Shown in pieces: positions 50,037 through 60,471 of a stretch of 64,000 nt of DNA (position 1 is the stretch's first letter; every line of letters starts with the position of its first letter). The position numbers and the translations under genes are program-made. Under the pieces are notes generated by a model. It was not told where the DNA came from. It made no database searches and was given only the letters and a program-made list of their open reading frames with translations. This DNA is from Halarcobacter sp. (GTDB lineage Bacteria; Campylobacterota; Campylobacteria; Campylobacterales; Arcobacteraceae): assembly GCA_963676565.1 (NCBI GenBank), contig OY781089.1, positions 1,344,001-1,408,000 of the forward strand. The letters are read 5' to 3'.

Positions 50037-50795
50037 ATGATGGCAGTGAAAAATATATTAATCATTTTTATAACTTCACTGCTGTTTACAGCATGTGTAC
50101 CAAAACAAGATGATGTAAAGTCAGTTTTTCAAACAAACTCTGCAACTATAATAAAAAAAGATTATAAAGATATTCAAAAACATCTAATCTCTTTAAAAAA
50201 GAAACTAGACCTTAGAAACCCAAAATCCTTTAGTAAAAAGTATGAAAAAAGAATTTATACACTACTAAATGAGATGGATGGAAGTTTTGTATTAAAATAT
50301 AAAAATCAAGTTTTAACAAAATATAAAGATTATCTACAAATTGCTTTTAGTAAAGATGATATTGTAAATAGAAATGATTATTTGATTTTAGGTATTTATT
50401 ATCTTATTCATGATACTTATAATTTAAATGATTCCCATAAAATTGGTGCTTTTGAATATGATGAAGAAAAACTTAAAAAAATGCATGCAAATCTACAAAT
50501 TATTAGATGGAAGATTAAGTATGACAAAGATTTAAATGGAAACTATTTATTTTTAACTTGGCAAAATAACTGGCAAGTTGAACTTCAAAAAATCTTTAAA
50601 GAAGAGATTATTGATTACTCTAAAATTAAAGATTTAAAATATATAAAAGAAAACAAAGAGACTATTTTTAGTTCATCAAATTTTTCATTTGAAGTTTTAT
50701 TAACTCAAATGATTGATGATGTTGAAAACTCTTTGCAAGCTTTAGGGGAAGAGCCTAAAGAACTTACAGTAAAAACTTTATTTTTATTCCTATAA
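50037..50795 (+). CDS. Hypothetical lipoprotein
   Basis: Lipobox-like LFTAC after a hydrophobic signal. Confidence 0.7.
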   Translation: MMAVKNILIIFITSLLFTACVPKQDDVKSVFQTNSATIIKKDYKDIQKHLISLKKKLDLRNPKSFSKKYEKRIYTLLNEMDGSFVLKYKNQVLTKYKDYLQIAFSKDDIVNRNDYLILGIYYLIHDTYNLNDSHKIGAFEYDEEKLKKMHANLQIIRWKIKYDKDLNGNYLFLTWQNNWQVELQKIFKEEIIDYSKIKDLKYIKENKETIFSSSNFSFEVLLTQMIDDVENSLQALGEEPKELTVKTLFLFL

Positions 50796-50830
50796 AAAAG
50801 ACAAAGCAATTAAACTTGCTTGTCTTTTTT
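50794..50830. terminator. Bidirectional hairpin at convergent gene ends
   Basis: AAAAAGACAAAGCAA-TTAAAC-TTGCTTGTCTTTTT. Confidence 0.6.
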
Positions 50831-53800
50831 TAATTTATGCGAAATTGAATATATAACTGGCAGATAGATTAGATTTAAAATTGTTCCCCATAAAAGACCA
50901 AACCCAAGTCCAATAGCAATAGGTTGGAAAATTACCGCTTGACCTGTTGGGAAGAATATAAGTGAACTCATACCAATAAGTGTCGTAATTGTTGTAAGAA
51001 CAATTGGTCTAAACCTTTTTGTTGCTCTAACAAAAACATCGTGCAGATTTTTTGCTTTTTTAAGATAGGTCATCATAATAATACCATCATTTATAACAAC
51101 ACCAGCAAGTCCTAGTGCTCCAATCATTGATGGCATAGATAGATTAAGACCCATGATTTTATGACCTATTAACACCCCAAGAAGTGAAAATGGAATAACA
51201 CTCATTAAGATAAATGTTTCCCTAAATGAATTAAATAAATACAGCATAGAAAGCATAATTAGTGTTAATGCTAAAGCTGTTGCTAGCAACATGTCATGTC
51301 TTAATGACTTTTGCTTTTCAGCTTCCCCTTTTAGGATAATTTTTACATCATTTTCTCTTATTTTATTTAGTAAAGGTTCAATTTTTTCTAAGGCTTCACC
51401 TGCTGTTAATATTTCTGGGTCAACATTAGCAAAGATATAGAAATTTTTCTCACCATTATCTTTTATAAGTTGCTCAAAACCTCTAATTACATTAAAGTCA
51501 ACAACTTGATTTAATGAAATAAATGTTCCATCACTAAGTGGAACACTTAAGTTTTTAAAGTTTTCAAAATCATCTTTATTGATACTTTCTATTTTAATAT
51601 CAAGCATATCTGTTGCATCAAAGGTTGTTCCTTTTTTCTTTGAAAGATACATATTTGATAGGTATGAACCTATAAAGGCTTCATCAATACCTAACTGTTC
51701 ACCATAGGCATTTACTTTTAGTTTAATCTCATCAACACCAAATTTTAAAGAGTTTGATACTGTTTTAATCCCTTTCATATTTGAAAGTTCTTTTTGAAGC
51801 ATCTCAATACCACCAATAATCTTTTTATTGTCATTTGATACAAGTCCAATTTTAAGGTCTGATTTTACTGGTCCAACTCTTCTTTCAAGTACTATTATCT
51901 CTTCAAGGTTAAATTTTTCTTTATAGTTTTTTTTCTCAATAAAATTTTTTAATTTTTTTGCAATTTGCCTAGATTTTTCTGTTCTTGTTCTTCCTTCATC
52001 ATCATAATAAAATGATAAATAAGGTGTTACATATTTATCTAAGAAGTTTGCTTCTTTTAGTTTTTGAAGTTCAACAGTCATATACATAACATATGGATAT
52101 CTTTCTGTATTTCCACCATTGTCCCTTCTAAATCCAGCAACAGAATCAATACTTCTTACAAAAAACTTATCACCTTTTTCCATAATGTCAGATTCAATTG
52201 ATTGAACAATTTTAAAGGCATCTTCTAATCTTGTATTCTCATTTGCTTTAATTGAGATTTTTACATCCGTTCCATCAAATTTTGGGAACATTTGGAACTT
52301 TGAAGTTTTCATGGCAAAAAAAGTTGCTATTGGCACTCCAATTATAAATATAATTAAGAAAGTCTTTTTCCAATCCATAAAGAAATGTAATATAGTATTA
52401 TAGATTTTATTTGCTTTTTCCCACGAAGTTACTTTTGCGCCATTTTTAAGTGTATGTGCTGCATGAATTGGTAAGAATACAAATGATTCTAGTAAAGAGG
52501 CAACAACAAGAGCCGAAAGGGCAATAGGAATAAGTTTCATAACCTCTCCCATGGTCCCACTAATCATTAAAATTGGTAGAAATGAAAAAAGTGTTGTAAT
52601 TGAAGCAATAGTTACAGGTTTAAACATCTCTTTTGCACCCATAATAGCAGCTTCTTTTGGGGGATATCCCTCTTCAATGTGTTGTTGAATATTCTCACTT
52701 ACAACAATAGCATCATCAACAACGATACCAATTGCAATTAAAACTCCAACTAGTGAAATCATATTTATAGTATAGCCACTTAGATACATATATACTGCTG
52801 CAATTACAAATGAAGTTGGTATCCCAATTGCTATAATAAATGACATTCTAAAGTTAATTAAAATCATTACTAAAATAGTAATAAGAATAATTCCAAGCAT
52901 GATATTTGATACAACAATATTAAGTCTATCAAGGATTCTTTCAGAATTATCATCTGCAATTGAGATTTTAATATCTGGATTTTTTTTATTCATCTCAGGA
53001 AGGACTTTTTTAATATTTTGAACTATTTTAATAGCATCTGCACTATTACTTTGTTCAATTGCTAATGAAAGAGCATTTTGACCATTGAACGAATACATCG
53101 TTGAAGAGTCTTCATACTTTTTTGAAATAAATGCTATATCACTTAAATATAGATTTTGATCGTTGATTCTAATTTGAGTATTTGCAAAATCTTGAGCAGT
53201 TTTAGCTCCATTGAATGTAGAGATATAATAGTGTTTATTTCCCCCTTCAATTTTACCTACAGGGAAAATATACGAGAGGGTTGAAATTGCAGAAAATACA
53301 CTGTTTTTATTTAGATTTAAAGCCTCAATTTTTCTATCATCTAATAAAATCTCAAAATACTTATCTGAATCCCCATAAATAGTAATATCATTAATTCCCC
53401 CAAGACCAAGAAGTCTACTTTTTAGATTGTCCGCAAAAGGTTTTAACTCATCCGTTGTATATTTTTCTGATGTAAGAGTGATATCAATAAGTGATCTTGA
53501 ACGCTCTAAAACATTAACTGTTGGCTCATCCATGTCAGATGGTAAATTCGATTTAACATTTGCAATTGCATCTTTGATTTTATCTGCTTCATTAAATCTA
53601 TTTTTACCTTTTTTTAATTCTAGTACAATAGAAAAGCTTCCTGGGCTAATTACTGTAGTCATAACATCAACACTATCAATATTTTTTAAATTATCTTCTA
53701 TTTCAGCTACAGCCATTTTATCTAGAATATCAACTGATGCACCTGTATATGAACCTCTTACTGAAATCATATCCAAATCAAAACTTGGAAAAATCTCTTT

Positions 53801-53905
53801 TGGTGTATTATTGTATGACCAAATCCCAATGGCAAAAACTAACACAAAAAGTGTGTAGTTCATTCTTGAGTTCTCAACAAAAAACTTTATAAATTTTTCA
53901 AACAT
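50810..53905 (-). CDS. RND efflux permease (AcrB/AcrD/AcrF family)
   Basis: 1031 aa; GIVVDDAIVVSEN, RFRPIVLT; two large periplasmic loops. Confidence 0.93.
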   Translation of the reverse strand: MFEKFIKFFVENSRMNYTLFVLVFAIGIWSYNNTPKEIFPSFDLDMISVRGSYTGASVDILDKMAVAEIEDNLKNIDSVDVMTTVISPGSFSIVLELKKGKNRFNEADKIKDAIANVKSNLPSDMDEPTVNVLERSRSLIDITLTSEKYTTDELKPFADNLKSRLLGLGGINDITIYGDSDKYFEILLDDRKIEALNLNKNSVFSAISTLSYIFPVGKIEGGNKHYYISTFNGAKTAQDFANTQIRINDQNLYLSDIAFISKKYEDSSTMYSFNGQNALSLAIEQSNSADAIKIVQNIKKVLPEMNKKNPDIKISIADDNSERILDRLNIVVSNIMLGIILITILVMILINFRMSFIIAIGIPTSFVIAAVYMYLSGYTINMISLVGVLIAIGIVVDDAIVVSENIQQHIEEGYPPKEAAIMGAKEMFKPVTIASITTLFSFLPILMISGTMGEVMKLIPIALSALVVASLLESFVFLPIHAAHTLKNGAKVTSWEKANKIYNTILHFFMDWKKTFLIIFIIGVPIATFFAMKTSKFQMFPKFDGTDVKISIKANENTRLEDAFKIVQSIESDIMEKGDKFFVRSIDSVAGFRRDNGGNTERYPYVMYMTVELQKLKEANFLDKYVTPYLSFYYDDEGRTRTEKSRQIAKKLKNFIEKKNYKEKFNLEEIIVLERRVGPVKSDLKIGLVSNDNKKIIGGIEMLQKELSNMKGIKTVSNSLKFGVDEIKLKVNAYGEQLGIDEAFIGSYLSNMYLSKKKGTTFDATDMLDIKIESINKDDFENFKNLSVPLSDGTFISLNQVVDFNVIRGFEQLIKDNGEKNFYIFANVDPEILTAGEALEKIEPLLNKIRENDVKIILKGEAEKQKSLRHDMLLATALALTLIMLSMLYLFNSFRETFILMSVIPFSLLGVLIGHKIMGLNLSMPSMIGALGLAGVVINDGIIMMTYLKKAKNLHDVFVRATKRFRPIVLTTITTLIGMSSLIFFPTGQAVIFQPIAIGLGFGLLWGTILNLIYLPVIYSISHKLKKDKQV

Positions 53906-54011
53906 ATATTTCCTTAATAAAAAAAGAATTATATTATACCTTCATTAATGAAAGTTTAATCCTAGTAATTTTAAAAAATTTGCTATAATAAATAATCAAA
54001 TAGGATGCTAA

Positions 54012-55271
54012 ATGGAAAACTTAAAAGAATTAAAAGAGATTTGTAAAGATTTTAAGGTGATGTATGTGGAAGATGATGAATCAATCGCTTCTACATTAGT
54101 TAATTATTTATCAAAATTTTTTAAAGAAGTTATTTATCTAAAAAATGGAAATGATGCTTTAGAGTTTTATCAAGATAATAAAGACTTTGATATTGTAATT
54201 AGTGATATAAAAATGCCTGGAATTGATGGTCTAGAGTTAACAGAAGAGATTAAAAAAATCAATCCAAATCAAAATGTTATTATTGTTTCCGCTTATTCAG
54301 AAATGGATAATTTTTTAAAATCTATAAAACTTGGTGTTGATGGTTTTATTACAAAACCTGTGGACTATGCAAATTTAAATAAAACACTTTTTAAAACAGC
54401 CGAAAAACTAAAAGCATTTAGAGATAATAAGATATTTGAAGAAAGATTAAAAGTAGAAAATAATAAGTTAAAGCAATTTTCTGAAGTTTTTGATAAGGTT
54501 GCAATTGTTTCTAAAACTAATACAAACAAAGAGATAATTTATGTAAATGATTTTTTCTGCGAAATTTCAGGGTATTCAAAAGAGGAACTTTTAGGAAAAG
54601 AACATGAAATTGTAAGACATCCTGATATGCCAAAATCTGTTTTTACTAAAATGTGGGAAGAGCTTGAAAAAGGTAACACTTGGGAAGGTACTATAAAAAA
54701 TAAAGCAAAAGATGATACTCCTTATTTTTTACATTATGTAACTATTCCTTTAAAAGGTGTTGATGAAAAAATCTATGAATATATAGGAATAGGTTTTTTG
54801 ACAACTCAAGAGGAGATTGAAAAAAGGGAATTCAAGAAAAAAGTTATGACAAACTACCTTGAGTTTAAAAAAACAAATCTAAATGCAATTGAAAGAATCT
54901 CTTCTTTAGAAAAAGAGTTGGAAATTGTAAAATCAAAGAATGAATCTTTAGTACTTTCAACTTCAAACGCTGAAAAAAGATTAAAAAAAGCAAATAGTGA
55001 AGTAGACTTTTTGGAAACAAAATTAAAAGAAAAAGATGGTCATTACAAAAGAATTCTTGAGATGCAGAAATCTAATTTAGTAAATATTACAAATGCTCAT
55101 CAAAAAGCTTTGGCATTAAATGAAAAATATGAAAATGAGATTAGAAAAATCAATGAAATTGTAGAAGTTAAAACCCAAGAGATACTAAATTTAAATGGAA
55201 AATTAAATGAACAATCTAGTGTGGTACATGATTTAAGGGATACTATTAAAAATATCAATCCTTCAAATTAG
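54012..55271 (+). CDS. Response regulator, REC-PAS-coiled coil
   Basis: VEDD, SDIKMP, KP; PAS YVNDFFCEISGYSKEELLG...HPD; heptad tail. Confidence 0.88.
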   Translation: MENLKELKEICKDFKVMYVEDDESIASTLVNYLSKFFKEVIYLKNGNDALEFYQDNKDFDIVISDIKMPGIDGLELTEEIKKINPNQNVIIVSAYSEMDNFLKSIKLGVDGFITKPVDYANLNKTLFKTAEKLKAFRDNKIFEERLKVENNKLKQFSEVFDKVAIVSKTNTNKEIIYVNDFFCEISGYSKEELLGKEHEIVRHPDMPKSVFTKMWEELEKGNTWEGTIKNKAKDDTPYFLHYVTIPLKGVDEKIYEYIGIGFLTTQEEIEKREFKKKVMTNYLEFKKTNLNAIERISSLEKELEIVKSKNESLVLSTSNAEKRLKKANSEVDFLETKLKEKDGHYKRILEMQKSNLVNITNAHQKALALNEKYENEIRKINEIVEVKTQEILNLNGKLNEQSSVVHDLRDTIKNINPSN

Positions 55272-57527
55272 GTTCTTTTTTATAGTTATAATAAATTGTG
55301 CGCCATCTTTTTCATTTGTAACATTCAATGTTCCTTTTAGATTTTTTTCAATAATCATTTTTGACATATACAAACCAAGGCCTGTTCCATTCATCTCTTT
55401 TTTTGTTGTAAAGTAGGCCTTGAAGATTTTATCTAGGTTTTCTTCTTTTATTCCACCTGCATTGTCTTTTACGATTATTTGAATATTCTCTTCTTCCTCT
55501 TTAAAGGTAAGTTCTATTATTTTATTATTGTTTTTATGTTCAAGAAGGGCTTCTTTTGCATTTTTAACAAGATTAAGTAAAACCTGTAACAGTTCTCTTT
55601 TGTGAGTACTAATACTTAGGCTTGGTTCATATTCAACTTTATAAATTATGTTATTGTTTTTTATTGAAGCTAGTAAAATAGAATCTAATTCATTTATTAG
55701 TTCACTAATTTTAAACTCTTCAATCTCTTTTTCTTCTCTAAAAAAGTTTCTAAAATCATCTATTGTTTTTGACAAAAATTGAGTTTGTTCACCAATATTG
55801 TGTGCAATCTCTTTGATAATATTTTCATCAAATTCATTTAACTCAATATCTGCAATAATATTATTTGCATTCATTGATATAGTTGTAATTGGTTGTCTCC
55901 ACTGGTGTGCAATCATACTAATCATTTCACCCATTGCTGCATTTTTTGATTGAGCTAACATCATTTGTTCTTTTTCTTTTAACTTTTTTTCTAAGAAAAC
56001 CTCTTTTGTAATCTCCCTCATAATTCCTAAAAAGTTTACAATTTCACCTTTAGTATTTATAATTGGAAGAACAGTTATTGTGACCCAGAAATCTTTATTA
56101 TCTTTTGTTTTGTTTTTGAATATTCCACCCCAAGTTTTTTTGTTAGTAATTCTATCCCACATATTTTTTATTTTAAGTTCCGTTTCTTTACTAAAATCGC
56201 CTCTAAGTATACTTGGATTTTTCCCTATTAACTCTTCTTTTGAATAAGCACTTAATTGACAGATATATGGATTAACATAAGTCATTTTCCCATCTATATC
56301 AGTAATAATAATTGAAACTGGAGCACTTTCAATTATAAATTTAAATTCTAATAATTCTTTTTTTGTATTTTTTAAATCTATTTCTAAATTTTTTAATTCT
56401 GTAATATCAGAGTGAAAACCAACCATTCTTACAGCTTTCCCCTCATCATCATAATAGGTTTTCCCCCTATCAAGTATCCATACATAATAACCATTTTTAT
56501 GTTGCATTCTATGGATATTTTTATAATAAGTAGTTTTTTTATCTTGGTTGTTTTTTATATCATTTATTGCATCATCAATGTCATCAGGATGAACTCTTTT
56601 TTCCCATTCTTTAAGTTCATTTGCTAACTCATCATCTTCAAAGCCTAGCATTTTTTTCCAGTTTTTAGAGAAAAAAACTTTGTTGTTTACTAAATCCCAA
56701 TCCCACAAACCATCTCTACTTCCTTCTAATGCTCTGTCATATCTTAAAAGAACTTTTTCTTTATCTTTTTCTAGTTCTTTAATCTCTTTTAAGTTTTTAG
56801 TAATTTCTAAATTACTTTTACTTAGTTTATTAAATATTTTTATAAAAACTAAAATCAGTACAATTGTTAAAGAAGTGAAAAGTACAATTAAAATGTAACT
56901 TTTTTCTTCTATTTTATTAAAGGTTTTATAATACTCTTTTGTGGGGATAGAGATTCTAATCCCACCTCTTATATCTCCAATTTTATAGCCTTGATGAGCA
57001 TGGCATTGAAGACATGATTCTGTTACTTTTAAAGAACCCATAAAGTCAAATTTTGTGAAATCATCTTTTAGTTTTGAATAGAAAGGTTCCTTTTTGTTCT
57101 TTTCAAAATAGTTTAGTGCTTCTTTTTCAAAATCATCGGGAGCATTTATTGGATTTATTGGATTTAAACTTGTCAATTTAAAATAGTTTTGATGGTCTTT
57201 ATTTGCGATTTCTGAAATTTGTCTAGTCATCCAAGCAGGATTAATTTTAATAAGAATTTCTCCATCTTTTGTTTCTAAGGTATTATCTTTTAAGTATTTA
57301 TTAGGTTTTATAGATTCACTTTGTTTAACATAAACTCCACCATGTAAAGCATTCCATTTTCTTGTATCTGTGATACTATTGTAATTTGAAACTGCTTCAT
57401 TTATAATCATTTTTTTTAAAAAGGTTTCATTGTTTTTTGTGTTATCAATTATTGTGTAAATTACAAATATTGAAAATATCATTAACATAAAAATTAAAAG
57501 ATTACGAATGTTTTCTATTCTTTTCAT
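55263..57527 (-). CDS. Histidine kinase with periplasmic c-heme (Tll0287/DUF3365-like) domain and two PAS domains
   Basis: HGGVYV, INPAWMTRQ, CLQCH; PAS GLWDWD...VHPDD; HQWRQP; GTGLGLY. Confidence 0.9.
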   Translation of the reverse strand: MKRIENIRNLLIFMLMIFSIFVIYTIIDNTKNNETFLKKMIINEAVSNYNSITDTRKWNALHGGVYVKQSESIKPNKYLKDNTLETKDGEILIKINPAWMTRQISEIANKDHQNYFKLTSLNPINPINAPDDFEKEALNYFEKNKKEPFYSKLKDDFTKFDFMGSLKVTESCLQCHAHQGYKIGDIRGGIRISIPTKEYYKTFNKIEEKSYILIVLFTSLTIVLILVFIKIFNKLSKSNLEITKNLKEIKELEKDKEKVLLRYDRALEGSRDGLWDWDLVNNKVFFSKNWKKMLGFEDDELANELKEWEKRVHPDDIDDAINDIKNNQDKKTTYYKNIHRMQHKNGYYVWILDRGKTYYDDEGKAVRMVGFHSDITELKNLEIDLKNTKKELLEFKFIIESAPVSIIITDIDGKMTYVNPYICQLSAYSKEELIGKNPSILRGDFSKETELKIKNMWDRITNKKTWGGIFKNKTKDNKDFWVTITVLPIINTKGEIVNFLGIMREITKEVFLEKKLKEKEQMMLAQSKNAAMGEMISMIAHQWRQPITTISMNANNIIADIELNEFDENIIKEIAHNIGEQTQFLSKTIDDFRNFFREEKEIEEFKISELINELDSILLASIKNNNIIYKVEYEPSLSISTHKRELLQVLLNLVKNAKEALLEHKNNNKIIELTFKEEEENIQIIVKDNAGGIKEENLDKIFKAYFTTKKEMNGTGLGLYMSKMIIEKNLKGTLNVTNEKDGAQFIITIKKNLI

Positions 57528-57562
57528 GAAACTACTTTTTAAAAACTTCTAAATGGAAGAGT

Positions 57563-59788
57563 TTAACTCTTACATTTACTTGATGCAAAAAGTTTAACTT
57601 TTTTTAAAATAGCTAAATCTTTTTCACTTTTTATATTCTCTGCGAAAATTTGAATATTTAATAGATTTGCTAAATCACAAATTGAATCTAAGAACTCTTG
57701 TTTAGATCTTTCTTTTTCAATATCTGTTGTATAATCCCTAGCAAGTCTAATATAATCAACATTGAACTCTTTTAAGTTTTCTGTTGGTATAAATTTACTT
57801 TCAAATCTTTTTATAATAACTTTAGCTCCACAATCATGGATTGAATCACAGAAGTTTTTAAATATATCCATATCTTTTGCAACAGAATATGCTGTTAATG
57901 AGAACACAAGTTGAGATGCAAGTTCTTTATTTCTTGATATTCTATTTTGAAGCCATTTTACAAAATCTTTTTTACCAATTGAATCAATTGATAGATTTAT
58001 GCAAATCTTGTGATTTATATTGTTTAAAATCATATATGTAATAACTTTTTCAATAACTGCTTTATCAAAACTTTCAATCATCTCATATTTTTCAGCGATT
58101 GAAACAAAAGTACCAATTGGTATTTGATTATTCTCTTTATCTTTTGCCTTTGTAAATGCCTCTTGCATAACAATTTCATTAGAATCATCTTCTACTTTAT
58201 AAGCATCATTGATAAAGTCAACATCAAAATCGCTATCAGTAATAATTTGCTTGATTAGTTCTCTCCAAAGATTCATATCCCTTGAATGCTCATTTTTTGC
58301 ACCAATAAAGAATTCATTTGGTCCAATAATTTTTGCTTTTTCATAGGCTTCATTTGCTCCTTGTAAAAGTTCATCGATTGAAGCTAATTCATTAAATGGT
58401 GCTGCTCCAATATGAGCAACCTCAGTTAATGTTAATTCGTCACCTAATGCATTAAAGGCAAGTTTTAATCTTGCACAAATACCTAATGCACAATCTTTAT
58501 CACAAGTTTTAGCCAAAAGTGCAAATTCAGAACCAAATACTCTATATGCATTAATATTTAAACTATTATCTGATCTAAGATTTTTTAATATATTTGAAAA
58601 TCTAATTAAATATGAATCAACCTCTTCTTTTGTATGAGTCTTAGCGTATGCTGCAAGATTGTCAATCTTTATATTAAAGATAAAGCCATCCTCTTTTTTT
58701 ATAAACATTTGTTTAAGATCAGTTTCCAAAGTTTGTTTTAAATCTAATCCTGTTAAGTCATCTTCTGATAATTTTTTTGATAAAACATTTATATTGTTTG
58801 TAAGTTTATTAATCATTGATTCAATTTTTCTTGACATATCATTCATTGCAATGGATACATTTTTAATCTCTATTGTCCAAGGTAAAGGGTCTATTACACC
58901 AAACTTTGCTTGAGCAATATTTTTAGCTAAGGCTTCAATCTTTTTAAGAGGTCTTAATAAGAATTGAACAAAAACTAAAAGAAAAATCATTGAGATTATA
59001 AAGGCAATAAAAGCATAAACAATTGAATTTTTTGCTTGCTCAAAAAGTTTTGCATAGGCTTCCCCTGGATTTGGACTTACATAAATTACTGCACTTGTAT
59101 TCCACCCATCAGAGATTTCACTTCTTTTTTCCTCTAAGTTAATTGGAATTAAATTTATAAACCAGCTAGGAACATATTCAAATTTAATATCTCTTTTTTC
59201 TTCAATTAAAACTTTTTTGATATTTAGTTTTGCTGTTGTAATAATTCTATCATTAGGTTTTTTAGCTTTGATATTAAAAATTATCTCTCCACCTTGTTTA
59301 TAAGCATTTGATGGAATAAATCTATACTCTTTACTTTTTACATCTTCAACAAAACCTAAGTCTTCAGTCTCCCCTTCAAGTTTTAAAAGTTGCTCATTTA
59401 AAGAACTATCATCACCAACTTTTTCAACACTACCAAATTTTGGATTAACACTTACAGATTCAATTTCCCAATTTGAATCATCTAATTGTTTAGCTGCACC
59501 AATTAGTTCACTTGATTTAATTGTAAAATCAGCATCTTCAAGTCTAATTTCATTATAAAAGCCACTATTTGAAATCACTTTAATTATAGATTCAATCTCT
59601 GGATCATTTTTATCTTTAATTAAAGGTCTTAAACTCATCCCTATGGATGTAGCTGTATCTTGAGCTTTTGTTGCGGATTCTACTTCAAGGTACTCTTTCA
59701 TATTTTTAACACTTATTAAAAAGTTTCCACTAAAAATAATGAAAAAGATAATAGCGATAATTAAATATAGTTGTTTAGATAATGACAT
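57563..59788 (-). CDS. lapD: LapD-like c-di-GMP receptor (LapD/MoxY N, HAMP, degenerate GGDEF and EAL)
   Basis: MSLSKQL, AQDTATSIGMS, SGFY, VPSWF, GW; FGSEF replaces GGDEF; DDFG absent. Confidence 0.85.
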   Translation of the reverse strand: MSLSKQLYLIIAIIFFIIFSGNFLISVKNMKEYLEVESATKAQDTATSIGMSLRPLIKDKNDPEIESIIKVISNSGFYNEIRLEDADFTIKSSELIGAAKQLDDSNWEIESVSVNPKFGSVEKVGDDSSLNEQLLKLEGETEDLGFVEDVKSKEYRFIPSNAYKQGGEIIFNIKAKKPNDRIITTAKLNIKKVLIEEKRDIKFEYVPSWFINLIPINLEEKRSEISDGWNTSAVIYVSPNPGEAYAKLFEQAKNSIVYAFIAFIISMIFLLVFVQFLLRPLKKIEALAKNIAQAKFGVIDPLPWTIEIKNVSIAMNDMSRKIESMINKLTNNINVLSKKLSEDDLTGLDLKQTLETDLKQMFIKKEDGFIFNIKIDNLAAYAKTHTKEEVDSYLIRFSNILKNLRSDNSLNINAYRVFGSEFALLAKTCDKDCALGICARLKLAFNALGDELTLTEVAHIGAAPFNELASIDELLQGANEAYEKAKIIGPNEFFIGAKNEHSRDMNLWRELIKQIITDSDFDVDFINDAYKVEDDSNEIVMQEAFTKAKDKENNQIPIGTFVSIAEKYEMIESFDKAVIEKVITYMILNNINHKICINLSIDSIGKKDFVKWLQNRISRNKELASQLVFSLTAYSVAKDMDIFKNFCDSIHDCGAKVIIKRFESKFIPTENLKEFNVDYIRLARDYTTDIEKERSKQEFLDSICDLANLLNIQIFAENIKSEKDLAILKKVKLFASSKCKS

Positions 59789-59800
59789 GACTTTCCTTTT

Positions 59801-60448
59801 TTATATTCTACTTAACATGGATTTCCAATTTCTTAGATTATTTGAACCCACTCTAACTGAAGTTTTACCTCTGTTTTTTGCTTGCCAAAGTCCCGTTGCA
59901 TTGAAACTGTAAATTGGTCTTAAATCTGGCCTTTTACTAGCTAATTTCAGTGTTTTATTTACATTATCAAGTACAATAGGAGTAGCTCCAGGTTTATGGT
60001 AATAAGTTAATACCATATGAGCTTCTTCATATTTTGTTCTTGATCGTTTTAATTTTACATAAGTTATCCTAAGTTTGCTATCTGGAACTCCTAATTTTTT
60101 CAAACTATAATATTTTGCAATAGCATAATCCTCACAATCTCCTGCTCCTGTACCTAAGAATTCAAAAGGTGTTGCCCAGTAATCATTTTGTTTCCAATGA
60201 ACAATATCTCTTTTATATCTTAATTTATTCCAGAAATCATTTACATCTTTTAACTTATGTAAAATATCTTTTGATTTAGCATTTTGGATTACATTATCCC
60301 AGATTTCAACTCTTTTTAGAGCTTTTTCTCCGTATTTAGCAGTGATTTTGGATAATTGATCTTGAGTGATATTATAGGTTTTTTGTGCAGAACTTGTTGT
60401 TAAAAAAGAAGAGAAAAGAAAAAAAGATAAAAAAAATATTTTTTTCAT
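59801..60448 (-). CDS. lapG: LapG-like transglutaminase-like cysteine protease
   Basis: Signal peptide; DYWATPFEF, GDCEDYAIAKY, AHMVL, VLDN. Confidence 0.9.
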   Translation of the reverse strand: MKKIFFLSFFLFSSFLTTSSAQKTYNITQDQLSKITAKYGEKALKRVEIWDNVIQNAKSKDILHKLKDVNDFWNKLRYKRDIVHWKQNDYWATPFEFLGTGAGDCEDYAIAKYYSLKKLGVPDSKLRITYVKLKRSRTKYEEAHMVLTYYHKPGATPIVLDNVNKTLKLASKRPDLRPIYSFNATGLWQAKNRGKTSVRVGSNNLRNWKSMLSRI

Positions 60449-60471
60449 ATTCTCTCCTATGAGTTTATTTA

